Of a stretch of DNA of 32,210 nt, positions 1-8,697 are shown in pieces (position 1 is the stretch's first letter; each line of letters opens with the position of its first letter). A program made the position numbers and the translations under genes. Location of the stretch: the NCBI GenBank assembly GCA_964451445.1, contig CAYVIG010000004.1:1-32210 (forward strand). Direction: 5' to 3'. This DNA comes from an uncultured Dehalococcoidia bacterium. GTDB lineage: Bacteria > Chloroflexota > Dehalococcoidia > Lucifugimonadales > UBA3495. The notes beneath the pieces were generated by a model, which saw nothing but the letters and a program-made list of their open reading frames with translations, made no database searches and was not told the DNA's origin.

Positions 1-1453
1 TGTACTTCTCCATGGCCACCGGGAACCGGCTGTCGTCATAGATGGACATGTAGGCATTGTTAATAATGATGGTCATCGTGGGGATCTTGCTGCGGACAGC
101 GGTCTCCACATCCAGGCCGACGGTGCTGAAGGCGAGGTCACCCATGACGTTGATACACAGCTTATTGGGCTCTGCCATCTTGGCGCCCATGGCCAGACCG
201 AGGCTATAACCAAGCTGGGTGGACTTACCCCATCCAACAAAACTACGGGGAGCTCGAGCCTCCCAGAATGGGACCAGGTATTCTCTGGCGCTGCCCGACT
301 CGTGGGTAATTATGGTGTTATCGAGGTCAACGGTGTGCATCATGTCCCAGACCACCCGGTAGGGGTTCATCGGCACTTCATTGGACGTGAGTTTGGGCAT
401 CCACTCCGTGAGCCATTCCTCTTTCACCGACTTGATGTCATCGACCAATGCCTGGTTCTTGGCCCGTGCGCTGCCTGTCTGACTCTTCAGTTCGTCCAAC
501 AGTTGGCGCAAGACCAGTTTGGCATCACCCAGCATGGCCAGGTCCGTCTTGAATTCCCGCCCGATGGCATCTTCATCGTTGGTCATGTGGACCAAGGTCT
601 TGCCATCGGGTATCGCCTGGGCAAAGTTGGTCTTGGTGAAGCTGCAGGCCACACCCAGTATCAGGTCCGAACCTTTCAGGTACTTGTTCACCATGCCAGT
701 GGTGCTGGGGCCGCCAGCACCCAGGGCCAGGGGATGGTTTTCGGGGAACCCGCTCTTTCCAGACAGGGTGGTCATCACCGGAGCCTGCAAGAACTCGGCT
801 AGTTCCACCAACTCTGGGGTGGCCTCGGCATAGAGCACGCCCTGTCCCGCGTGGATGATGGGGTTGTTAGCGGCGAGAATGGCCTTGGCGGCCCGACTCA
901 CGTCAGACGGGTCTGCCTGCTGTAGAACCACGCGCGGCGGTTCGTAGTTGAAAAGCTCTTCGGGTAATTCCGCTGCGGCTATATCAGCCGGTATCTCCAG
1001 CAGCACAGGTCCCAAACGTCCAGTTCGAAGTTTGGTAAAGGCGCGGCGCATGAGATCAGGTATCCGTTCCACCGTGTTCATCTCTTCAGACCATTTGGTG
1101 ATGGTCTCGTAGCTCTTGGTGGGGTAGAAGTTGGGGTGGACTCCCCGTTTCTCACGGGCCATACCAGCGGGCAGAAGCAGGATTGGTACCGACTCTGAAT
1201 AGGCTTGAGCTACACCGCCAAAGCCGTTCTCTGCTCCAGGGCCGTTCTGCATCATGAACACGCCCATGCGTTTGCCGTTGGTTACGCGGGAGTAGCCATC
1301 CACCATGTGAATGCCAGTGCCTTCTTGCCGAAAGACGATGGGACGGATTCCGGCGATGGCCGCGGCTTCGAGTAGTGGTTGGTACGGGACGCAGCCGATG
1401 AACTCGACTCCCTCCAAACGCAGAATATTGGCGATTGCTGTGACTCCGTCCAT
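1..1453 (-). CDS. Thiamine pyrophosphate-dependent enzyme (acetolactate synthase-like family), 3' end runs off the window
   Basis: Not in the ORF track because its stop lies outside the window. Manual translation from ATG 1453 gives MDGVTAIANILRLEGVEFIGCVP...FRQEGTGIHMVDGYSRVTNG...QNGPGAENGFGGVAQAYSESVPILLL...GDLAFSTVGLDVETAVRSKIPTMTIIINN, with the catalytic Glu region, GPG, and the GD..x24-27..NN TPP motif. AGGAG RBS at 1461-1465. Confidence 0.9.
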   Translation of the reverse strand, partial: MDGVTAIANILRLEGVEFIGCVPYQPLLEAAAIAGIRPIVFRQEGTGIHMVDGYSRVTNGKRMGVFMMQNGPGAENGFGGVAQAYSESVPILLLPAGMAREKRGVHPNFYPTKSYETITKWSEEMNTVERIPDLMRRAFTKLRTGRLGPVLLEIPADIAAAELPEELFNYEPPRVVLQQADPSDVSRAAKAILAANNPIIHAGQGVLYAEATPELVELAEFLQAPVMTTLSGKSGFPENHPLALGAGGPSTTGMVNKYLKGSDLILGVACSFTKTNFAQAIPDGKTLVHMTNDEDAIGREFKTDLAMLGDAKLVLRQLLDELKSQTGSARAKNQALVDDIKSVKEEWLTEWMPKLTSNEVPMNPYRVVWDMMHTVDLDNTIITHESGSAREYLVPFWEARAPRSFVGWGKSTQLGYSLGLAMGAKMAEPNKLCINVMGDLAFSTVGLDVETAVRSKIPTMTIIINNAYMSIYDDSRFPVAMEKY

Positions 1454-1514
1454 CGGTTAACTCCTAAATCTTGGTCAGCCTAGGTGTGCTGCACGTGGGG
1501 CGTGATTTTGGGCC

Positions 1515-1544
1515 AGTGTAGATTGCTCCACAATTGGGTGTCAA
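1515..1544 (-). promoter_or_regulatory. Sigma70-type promoter for the TPP enzyme
   Basis: TTGACA (1544-1539), 18-nt spacer, TACACT (1520-1515) on the minus strand. Confidence 0.65.
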
Positions 1545-1573
1545 CTTAACACGTTAGTTACAGAACGAGTACA

Positions 1574-2008
1574 TCAGAACTCGGGCTGAAAGCTCCAGGG
1601 AGCAAACCTGGCCGGAGTTATCTTGATGACCGGACTTTCATCCAGATCCATAGACTCATATTGGGGGTATTTTTCACGGAGTATGGCAATGGCTTTAGCC
1701 CATTCGTCACCCGACTCCAGCAACTCTGCATTACCAGAGACCAGGATGTATTGAAGCTGTTTCCAGTCTTCTTCGTAGTGGTCTACGACCAATGACACCT
1801 GTGGGTTGTTCAGGATGTTGCGCACCCGACGCAGTTTTCTGAGAGGAGTCGTTTTGGGCTTGGCGTCAAGCACCGAGTAGATGGATGTGCCGTCAAAGGC
1901 GTAGCAGACGGGAATCACGTGGGGTTGGCCATTGGCGTTTGCGGTTGCCAGGTGGCCGGTGCGGGCGGTGCGGAGGAAACTGTCTTGGGACGTTGAAAGC
2001 TTGGTCAC
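1574..2008 (-). CDS. PPOX-class (pyridoxamine 5'-phosphate oxidase-like) probable F420-dependent oxidoreductase, Rv0121/TIGR03668-like
   Basis: ARTGHLATANANGQPHVIPVCYA...DAKPKTT..LRRVRNILNNPQVSLVVDHYEEDWKQL...LREKYPQY is typical of this family. Confidence 0.85.
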   Translation of the reverse strand: MTKLSTSQDSFLRTARTGHLATANANGQPHVIPVCYAFDGTSIYSVLDAKPKTTPLRKLRRVRNILNNPQVSLVVDHYEEDWKQLQYILVSGNAELLESGDEWAKAIAILREKYPQYESMDLDESPVIKITPARFAPWSFQPEF

Positions 2009-2023
2009 AGAGATCAGAGGGGC

Positions 2024-2947
2024 TTACAAGCCGCCGAGGTAGCCTTCTGGGTCGTCGTCAAACGCCAGTTCATCCAACTCTATGCGTGCTGCTTCTTCCA
2101 AGTTTTCATCGCCTTCTTTGACCAGGTTCGTGAGCACTTGTTTAGCCAGAGCGCCGCCGATCTTTCCCAAGGCACCAACACCAGCCAACTGCACTTCTGA
2201 GTCATCATCCTTCAGCAGCAGGACCAGGTGTGGAACGGCGTCTTCTTCGCCTAGTTCGCCGCAGGCGTGGGCCGTCTCGTACCGGATGGTCGGCTCCTCA
2301 TTCTGGAGTTCCTGGAGCAGTATGGGAAGCCAGCCAACCTCTCCGGTGCGGCCCATGGCGAAGATGGAACTGGCACGAAAATCCGGATCAAGACTCTCGT
2401 AGGCCAGGGTTATGCGCTGGTTGATTTCCATAGTGTTGAAGGGCGCAACCGCTTCCATGCATCGTCGTCGCACATCGGTTGGCTCCTCTTCGTCTTCAAG
2501 CACCTGCATCAGGTTGTCGTGTATGGTCTCGCTGTCTCTGGCGAGGAGTTTTTCCTCTTGGGCCAGTATGGAAAATCGGCCCAAAGCGCTAGCCGCGGCA
2601 GAGCGGACCAAATACCCCTTATCCGACCTCAGAACATCCACCAAGGCAGGTATCACAGAACGGTCCTCATCCTCCCACAAGCCATCGATGACAATCTCCA
2701 AAAGGGGTTCGTCATCGCCTTTGAGGCACATCTTATAGATAGCTGTGAAATCCAGTTCTGGGTTGTCCTCAGCCAGATCGACCATCGATGAAGCGATGGT
2801 CCGCTGACGCTCAATGGGCAGCGGGTCCCATGCGGAAGCAAAGAGTTCCAGCTCTTCAGAGGAGAGGTCTGAAATCTCGTAGAAGTCCGTCGCGGAGAGG
2901 CGGCTTGTGGGGTCTGAAACGTTCTCTAGAAAGAATTCGAAAGACAT
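2024..2947 (-). CDS. HEAT/PBS-lyase repeat protein
   Basis: Repeated helical units VRSAAASALG, VRRRCMEAVA, FRASSIFAMG, IRYETAHACG, VQLAGVGALG; very acidic. Confidence 0.85.
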   Translation of the reverse strand: MSFEFFLENVSDPTSRLSATDFYEISDLSSEELELFASAWDPLPIERQRTIASSMVDLAEDNPELDFTAIYKMCLKGDDEPLLEIVIDGLWEDEDRSVIPALVDVLRSDKGYLVRSAAASALGRFSILAQEEKLLARDSETIHDNLMQVLEDEEEPTDVRRRCMEAVAPFNTMEINQRITLAYESLDPDFRASSIFAMGRTGEVGWLPILLQELQNEEPTIRYETAHACGELGEEDAVPHLVLLLKDDDSEVQLAGVGALGKIGGALAKQVLTNLVKEGDENLEEAARIELDELAFDDDPEGYLGGL

Positions 2948-3071
2948 CTAGCGTAGTGTCCAATCTGAGCTTGCAGGGCGACAATAACTCTTATTTAGAG
3001 TCAGCTCAGGCACGTTTTCAGTATATCATAGGGTGTTTGATGACGAACCCAGCCAAGGTCAGCGGGTATGG

Positions 3072-4640
3072 TTAGCCTTCCCTTAATCGGTTCAATGTTA
3101 CGGGTATCTGGGGAAGCAGGTCTGAAGCCGCCAGGCCGGTGTCTCCTTGACGAGCAACCACATCCCTACCGGCTTCGCCGTGCAGGTAAACTCCGCAAGT
3201 GGCCGCTGCGACCGGATGCAGTCCGTGGGCCATCAATCCCGCTATGACCCCACTGAGCACGTCCCCAGTGCCACCACTGGACATCCCCGGGTTGGCCAGA
3301 GCCGCAATTCTAACGGCGCCGTCCGGCTGGCTGATGATTGTATTCGCGCCTTTGAGCACCAAACATACACCCCAGCGGACCGCGTATTCACGGGCTACTC
3401 CAACCCTATCATGCTGGATATCCGCAGTTGCCAAGCCGGTCAAGGTGGCCATCTCCCCTGGATGGGGTGTCAGCACCATTGGACCTCTTTCCCGTTCCCA
3501 CCAGCGGTCTATCCTGGCCAGATTGTTCAGACCATCCGCATCGACCAACGCCGGTAGATCCGTGAAACCTGAAAAGGCTGAACTTTCCTGGTTGAAAAGC
3601 AGGTCTTCGACGAATTCCACTGTGCCATCGGACAAGCCAAGCCCACAGCCGACCAGGATATTCGTATAGCGGCGGGTGCCGTCACGAAGGGCCTTGGCGG
3701 CGCCAGCGGCGATCATTCCCTCAGAACCTTCCGCCAATGGCAGATGGATGGCTTCCGTGGACATGGCGGCGGCGATGGGATATACGCTTTGGGGCGTGGC
3801 CAGCGTGGTAAGTCCGGCGCCTGCCCTGACGCAGGCCTGGGACGCTAGTTGCGCGGCTCCCACATAATTTCGTGACCCGGCCACTGCCAGCACATGGCCG
3901 AAGATTCCCTTATGGGAGTTCATGGGGCGATGAGGCAGGCTTTCAGCCACCCAGTCAGCTTCCACGGTTTCAAGCCGTATCTCTGATTCCTCTGTCAGGC
4001 CGGGCGGAACACCGATGTCCAGCACTCTCAGTTTTCCAGCGTGGGCAGCCCCGGGGAAATTTAGCAGACCAGCTTTGGGGTAACCAAGGGCAAATGTTAC
4101 ATCACAAGGAACCGAGAAAGGGTCGACTTCGCCCGTATCACCGTTCAGGCCGCTGGGCAGGTCCAGGCCCAGTAGCATGGGCGGATTGGGGATGGACTTC
4201 ACATTGGCCAAGCAGATCATGGTCTGCTTGATGATGCCTTCTAAAGGGCGAGACTGGCCTATCCCCAAGACCGAATCGATGACCAGAGCAGATCGGGCCA
4301 GCATCTGTTCCAGGGTTCCGGCAGTGCCTCTCCCAACGATGCGCACGCCGTATTCAAGCGCCAGATTCAGCTTGGGGTCCACTTCAGGGCGTCCGTCCAC
4401 CATGAAACAGGTGACCTCTGCGCCCCAGCGCCGCAGGTGTCGCGCGGCAACCAGGCCGTCGGCTCCGTTATTTCCAGGCCCGACCAACACCAGGATTCGC
4501 ACCCCGGCCGCTCCAACCAGTTCTTGCACACCACGTGCCACGGCCAAACCGGCCGTCTCCATCAGGACATCGGTGCTGACTCCAGCTCTCTCCGACGCCT
4601 CCTCAATGGCCCTCATCTGTGCGGCTGTAACGATCTTCAT
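3072..4640 (-). CDS. nnr: Bifunctional NAD(P)H-hydrate epimerase/dehydratase
   Basis: YjeF-N motifs (GPGNNGADGLVAARHL, DLPSG) and YjeF-C motifs (SHKG.FGHVL, DADGLN, LTPHPGEM, GGTGDVLSG). Start moved to ATG 4640 (MKIVTAAQMRAIE). Confidence 0.95.
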   Translation of the reverse strand: MKIVTAAQMRAIEEASERAGVSTDVLMETAGLAVARGVQELVGAAGVRILVLVGPGNNGADGLVAARHLRRWGAEVTCFMVDGRPEVDPKLNLALEYGVRIVGRGTAGTLEQMLARSALVIDSVLGIGQSRPLEGIIKQTMICLANVKSIPNPPMLLGLDLPSGLNGDTGEVDPFSVPCDVTFALGYPKAGLLNFPGAAHAGKLRVLDIGVPPGLTEESEIRLETVEADWVAESLPHRPMNSHKGIFGHVLAVAGSRNYVGAAQLASQACVRAGAGLTTLATPQSVYPIAAAMSTEAIHLPLAEGSEGMIAAGAAKALRDGTRRYTNILVGCGLGLSDGTVEFVEDLLFNQESSAFSGFTDLPALVDADGLNNLARIDRWWERERGPMVLTPHPGEMATLTGLATADIQHDRVGVAREYAVRWGVCLVLKGANTIISQPDGAVRIAALANPGMSSGGTGDVLSGVIAGLMAHGLHPVAAATCGVYLHGEAGRDVVARQGDTGLAASDLLPQIPVTLNRLREG

Positions 4641-4668
4641 ATAATGGTTCCCAGCTAATATTCCCCTA

Positions 4669-5037
4669 TCAATCTTCCCGCTGGGCAACTACAAAAGCAA
4701 CGGCAAACTCTCTGGAATGGGAGATACTCAGGGATAATTCGCTCACCTGCAGACGTTCTGCCCGACCCTTGGCCCGGCCGTGGAGTTTCACACTAGGAGC
4801 GCCGCTATCGGCTCTAACTACCTCAATGTCTTTCCAGCTGACGCCGCGCACACCGGTACCCAGGGCTTTCATGGTTGCTTCTTTGGCGGCAAAACGGCCG
4901 GCCAGGTTTGGCGCGCGGCCACGGCAGTAGGCAATCTCGTCTGGAGTGAATATACGCCGGAGAAACCGGTCACCATATCGGGCCAGCGTTTGCTTTATGC
5001 GGGGAATCTCAATGATATCGACGCCTGTTGTCAGCAT
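4669..5037 (-). CDS. acpS: Holo-[acyl-carrier-protein] synthase
   Basis: GVDIIEIPRI...FTPDE...LAGRFAAKEATMKALGTG...SISHSREFAVAFV. Confidence 0.95.
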   Translation of the reverse strand: MLTTGVDIIEIPRIKQTLARYGDRFLRRIFTPDEIAYCRGRAPNLAGRFAAKEATMKALGTGVRGVSWKDIEVVRADSGAPSVKLHGRAKGRAERLQVSELSLSISHSREFAVAFVVAQRED

Positions 5038-5075
5038 CGTATTAACTCGTCCGGCTCAACGCCCGGCAGACGGAC

Positions 5076-5957
5076 CTAGTCTTGCCTCAGGTGCCCAGGA
5101 ATCATGAGATTGTCAAGGATACGCGAAACCGAGTAGCTGCGGTTTAACACGTAGAAATGGACACCTGGCACGCCTGCATCCCAGAGTTCACGCACTTGTT
5201 CGGTGGCATACTCCACGCCCATGTCCCGGGCGCTGCTGTCGTTATCAACGTATTTATCCAGCAACTTGTCCAAATCAGGGGGTATCTCCGACCCACTGAG
5301 AGAGGTGAAGCGGCGGACCTGGCTGGAGTTCAAGACAGGTAGGACGCCTGGGACGATTGGAACCTCAATCCCAACCGCGCGCGCGCGGTCAACAAATTAG
5401 AAGTAATGCCGGTTGTCATAGAACAACTGGGTTACCAAGAAATCGGCCCCGTTGTCCACCTTCTGCTTGACGTATTTCAGGTCTGAATCAAGGTCCACAG
5501 ACTCAGTGTGACCTTCTGGGTAGCACGCGGCGGCCACGCCAAAATCAAAGTTGGCCTTTACATGCTCCAGCAGGTCCGAGGCATGATCGAACCCACCGTC
5601 GACGGCCACAAACTGGGACGCTCCCTTGGGCGGGTCACCGCGTAGGGCTATGATGTTCTCCACACCCTCCGTGTCCAACCGCTCCAGCACGCCATGGATC
5701 TCCTCTTTGGTTTGGCCAACGCAGGTCAGGTGGGCCATGACCTCAACGCCCGCCGTTCGCTTGGCTTCAAAGGTGATCTCTTCAGTAAAGGCACGCGTGG
5801 AACCACCGGCTCCATAGGTCACCGACACGTAGTCTGGACAATAGACCTTCAACTCGTCCAGAGTCTCTAAAACCACCGGTATGCCATCGGCAACCCGGGG
5901 TGGAAAGAACTCAAACGAGACGGGACGTGTTTTGGCCAATATGTCTTTTATCTTCAA
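5076..5957 (-). pseudogene. metF: Methylenetetrahydrofolate reductase interrupted by a single in-frame TAA (5397-5399); pseudogene or sequence error
   Basis: SFEFFPP, SVTYGAGGST, MAHLTC, ALRGDPP, CYPEGH, TQLFYDN, then YF*FVDRARAVGIEVPIVPGVLPV...GVHFYVLNR in the same frame; about 293 codons in total. Confidence 0.9.
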
Positions 5958-6072
5958 GCTGGGTATCCAATTACTGGTGAACTAACTGAACTGATCGGAT
6001 GTTCGGCGGACTCTTATCCACCGATGGAATTTGGTGACAAAAACCAGAGAACGGCTTGGGTCATCACTCCAA

Positions 6073-6100
6073 ATCATAGCACGTTAGAGGTGTTCGCCAA
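6073..6100 (-). promoter_or_regulatory. Extended -10 promoter upstream of metF
   Basis: TTGGCG, 16-nt spacer, TATGAT with TG at the extended position (GTGCTATGAT). Confidence 0.45.
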
Positions 6101-6133
6101 ATTAGCCAGGCACAAATGCGCCTCAAAAGGCCG

Positions 6134-6913
6134 CTAAAACTCCGGCTGGCGCTTTTCCAAGAATGCCTTGATTCCCTCCGACGGATGCGGGGAAGTGGTC
6201 AGGAATTCGGCGAAGGCAAAGCTCTCAAGGGCAACGCCGTCTTCCATTGGAAGAGCCATACCACGAAGGGTCACCGACTTGACCAGAGCCAGGCCGTCCC
6301 GACTCTTGGTACGCAGTGGTCCCAGTATCGACTCCAATTCTTCGTCCAGATTCTCTAATGGAGCAGCCCTGAGAGCCAGCCCCCATTCCACACCTTCACT
6401 GCCGGATATCCACCTGCCAGTGGTCAACAGCTCCATGGCCCGTTGCAGACCCACCCGGCGGGGCAGGCGTTGGGTGGAGCCTCCGCCTGGCACCAGGCCA
6501 AAGTTCACATGCTGGTCGCCAAGGCGGGCATCTTCGGCTACCACCGCCATATCACAGGCCATCATCAGTTCCAGACCACCCGCCAGGGCAAAGCCGTGCA
6601 CCACTGCGATGGCTGGAACTGGCAGTTTTTCTATCCGATTAAAGGCGTCGTTGATCTGAGCTATATACGGAGGCAGCAGGGTCGGGTCGGCCAGGGCTGC
6701 CTGGACGTAGGTCAGGTCGGCGCCAGCACAGAAGGAGCGTCCTTCACCCCGCACCACTAAAGCCTTGATGGACTCATCTTCACTAACATCAGACAACGCC
6801 GACGATAACTCGACCAATAGGTCCGGGCTCAGAGCGTTTAAGGCATCAGAGCGGTTCAGTCGTATTGTCGCCACCCGATTTTCTTTCTCCAGTTTGATGT
6901 TGGTATATTCCAC
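6134..6913 (-). CDS. Enoyl-CoA hydratase/isomerase family protein
   Basis: LNRSDALNALS, FCAGADL, AVVHGFALAGGLEL, GLVPGGGSTQRLPR, EGIKAFLEKRQPEF; GTG start with AAGGAG RBS. Confidence 0.92.
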   Translation of the reverse strand: MEYTNIKLEKENRVATIRLNRSDALNALSPDLLVELSSALSDVSEDESIKALVVRGEGRSFCAGADLTYVQAALADPTLLPPYIAQINDAFNRIEKLPVPAIAVVHGFALAGGLELMMACDMAVVAEDARLGDQHVNFGLVPGGGSTQRLPRRVGLQRAMELLTTGRWISGSEGVEWGLALRAAPLENLDEELESILGPLRTKSRDGLALVKSVTLRGMALPMEDGVALESFAFAEFLTTSPHPSEGIKAFLEKRQPEF

Positions 6914-7034
6914 CAGACATCTCCTTTTACTCGTTTACGCTCACCGGGCGCTGGACTTAATATACCAGAGGTAATTTAATAACAGCTCAAATAATGACCT
7001 TTCTCACACTTCTCTCATATATTTGGACCCTATT

Positions 7035-7340
7035 ATGGAAACCAAAAATGGGAAGCCAGCAGAATCAAACTCAACTCTTAAGATACGTGTCCAGCCAAGA
7101 GCCTCCCGTAACCAGGTGGACGGGTGTGAGGGAGACACACTGCGGCTGAGAGTGACCGCTCCACCCACGGAAGGCAAGGCTAATGCCGGGGTGATTGCGC
7201 TCCTGTCCAGAATGTTGGGAATCAGTAAATCGCGGATCGAGATCATCCGCGGGCACAACTCCAGAGACAGAATCGTCTCCATAAGAGCTTTGACTACACC
7301 AGAAGTCCTCTCTCGGATAGAGGCCACTGGCAAAGACTAA
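7035..7340 (+). CDS. DUF167/UPF0235 (YggU-like) protein
   Basis: LKIRVQPRASRNQV...LRLRVTAPPTEGKAN...I.IIRGHNSRDR; ATG 7035 preferred as start. Confidence 0.9.
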   Translation: METKNGKPAESNSTLKIRVQPRASRNQVDGCEGDTLRLRVTAPPTEGKANAGVIALLSRMLGISKSRIEIIRGHNSRDRIVSIRALTTPEVLSRIEATGKD

Positions 7341-7361
7341 CTTAAAGAACCTGGAGTAACT

Positions 7362-7826
7362 TTGGAAGTAATGAACTTTGGTTGGGTACTGGAAAACGAA
7401 CTGGCAGGCTCACAGGGGCCGGCCAGTTTTGAAGACCTCTCTTACCTGCACCATCAGGGTGTGCGGGCCGTGATCAGGATGGAGGAACGAACCATTGCCG
7501 CCGACACTGGAAACCAGGTGAGCCTGGTTGACATGTTTGAGCCGGTTCCTGATTTTACGCCGCCCGAGTTGGAGCAGATCCAGAGGATGGTTGAGTTCAT
7601 AGACGACCAACTCAAGGACAACCGCCCGGTGGCGGTCAGTTGTTACGCGGGGATCGGCCGGACCGGAACGGTCCTGGCCTGTTATCTGGTCCACCGGGGC
7701 GAAGTCCCGGATGAGGCAATATTCAGAGTACGGGAGCTTCGCCGGGGGTCGATTCAGACACCCGAGCAAGAAGAGGTCGTCTTTAAGTACGCCCGATGGG
7801 CCAACGGCCAATCCGGCACCTCATAG
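7362..7826 (+). CDS. Dual-specificity/protein tyrosine phosphatase family protein
   Basis: P-loop CYAGIGRTG (Cx5R), acid loop PVPDFTPP, C-terminal RRGSIQTPEQE; GGAG RBS before TTG. Confidence 0.9.
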   Translation: MEVMNFGWVLENELAGSQGPASFEDLSYLHHQGVRAVIRMEERTIAADTGNQVSLVDMFEPVPDFTPPELEQIQRMVEFIDDQLKDNRPVAVSCYAGIGRTGTVLACYLVHRGEVPDEAIFRVRELRRGSIQTPEQEEVVFKYARWANGQSGTS

Positions 7827-7840
7827 ACCAGAGCCAACGC

Positions 7841-8051
7841 TTAAGCCACGAAGACAGCCTCCATCTTTCTTGCATCTGCGGATTGACCAGCCAGTTCATT
7901 AGACACCGACCCGGGCAAGACTAACCGTCGGTCGTTAGCCTCGTTTACCTCGGTGAACATTCCGCACTGCGGGCATTTGAGGAAAGGCCCGTAGGAGTCT
8001 TGCTCCAAACTCGCGTCTCCTTGGCATTTTGGTAGGCTTAAAGAAGAACAT
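7841..8051 (-). pseudogene. Small Zn-ribbon (CxxC..CxxC) protein, frameshifted near codon 6
   Basis: GGAAGGA RBS, ATG 8051 MFFFK, then a different frame reads PKCQGDASLEQDSYGPFLKCPQCGMFTEV...EAVFVA* (TAA 7843-7841). The span is 211 nt (3n+1) and the first Cys is missing. Confidence 0.6.
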
Positions 8052-8260
8052 CTGATAATTCCTTCCGAGGCTGGGCCGTGTGATTCTAGGTTTGCCGCGT
8101 TCCCGTAACTATTTATGCAATCTGTTGATGCCGCTGTTCACCCCAGGATTCCTCTGCTATATTCACACAAGAACGCGACGTCTTATCCCTCTTGACGCAT
8201 GGCGCCCCAAATTTGGTCCCAACCTTATATTTGCTACCGACCATCAGCGGAGTTTACCGA

Positions 8261-8674
8261 TTGGTCCAGATTAAACAGAAATTCATCGACGAGATGGTTG
8301 CCCACTCCAAGGCCGAACTGCCCAATGAGTGCTGCGGCATCCTGGCCGGCCCGGACGGCCAGGTGACGAAAGCATACCGAATGGCCAACGTGGAAGCCAG
8401 TCCTTTCCGGTTCTCCATGGACCCTGGGGAATTGGTCCAGGTGGACTCCGAGGCTGGCGAAAACAACTGGGAACTCCTGGCCATCTACCACTCCCACACC
8501 GGCAGCGAAGCCTACCCGTCCGACACCGACGTCCGTATCTCCGCCGGTACCGCCGGACTCTGGCCGGATGTCCGCTACGTCCTTGTCTCCCTGATGGACA
8601 TGGACAATCCTGTGGTCCGTATATTTGAAATCACCGACGGCGTAGTCACCGAAGAACCACTAGAGGTTGTCTGA
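8261..8674 (+). CDS. M67/JAB (JAMM) metallopeptidase, Mec-like
   Basis: PNECCGILAG...YHSHTGSEAYPSDTD (E..HxH x7 S xxD JAMM motif). TTG 8261 with GGAG about 9 nt upstream is preferred over 8192. Confidence 0.9.
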   Translation: MVQIKQKFIDEMVAHSKAELPNECCGILAGPDGQVTKAYRMANVEASPFRFSMDPGELVQVDSEAGENNWELLAIYHSHTGSEAYPSDTDVRISAGTAGLWPDVRYVLVSLMDMDNPVVRIFEITDGVVTEEPLEVV

Positions 8675-8697
8675 TCGGGTCGTCGCTGTCTCGCTGG

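Noticed and set aside
302-833. Plus-strand ORFs 302-802 and 519-833
   Set aside because: Antisense shadows of the TPP-enzyme gene. The same applies to the many other antisense or alternate-frame ORFs overlapping well-supported genes throughout the window.
4641-4688. N-terminal extension of Nnr overlapping acpS
   Set aside because: The family-typical start MKIVTAAQMR is at 4640.
5397-5399. Selenocysteine/pyrrolysine or genetic-code reassignment at the metF stop
   Set aside because: The codon is TAA, not TGA or TAG, and TAA is a true stop in many neighbouring genes.
5995-6070. SAM/SAH riboswitch-like AACGGCTT within a GTGAC/GTCAT stem
   Set aside because: It is on the strand opposite metF and the rest of the consensus is absent.
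7004-7333. Minus-strand 109-aa ORF
   Set aside because: Antisense to the clearly recognisable DUF167 gene.
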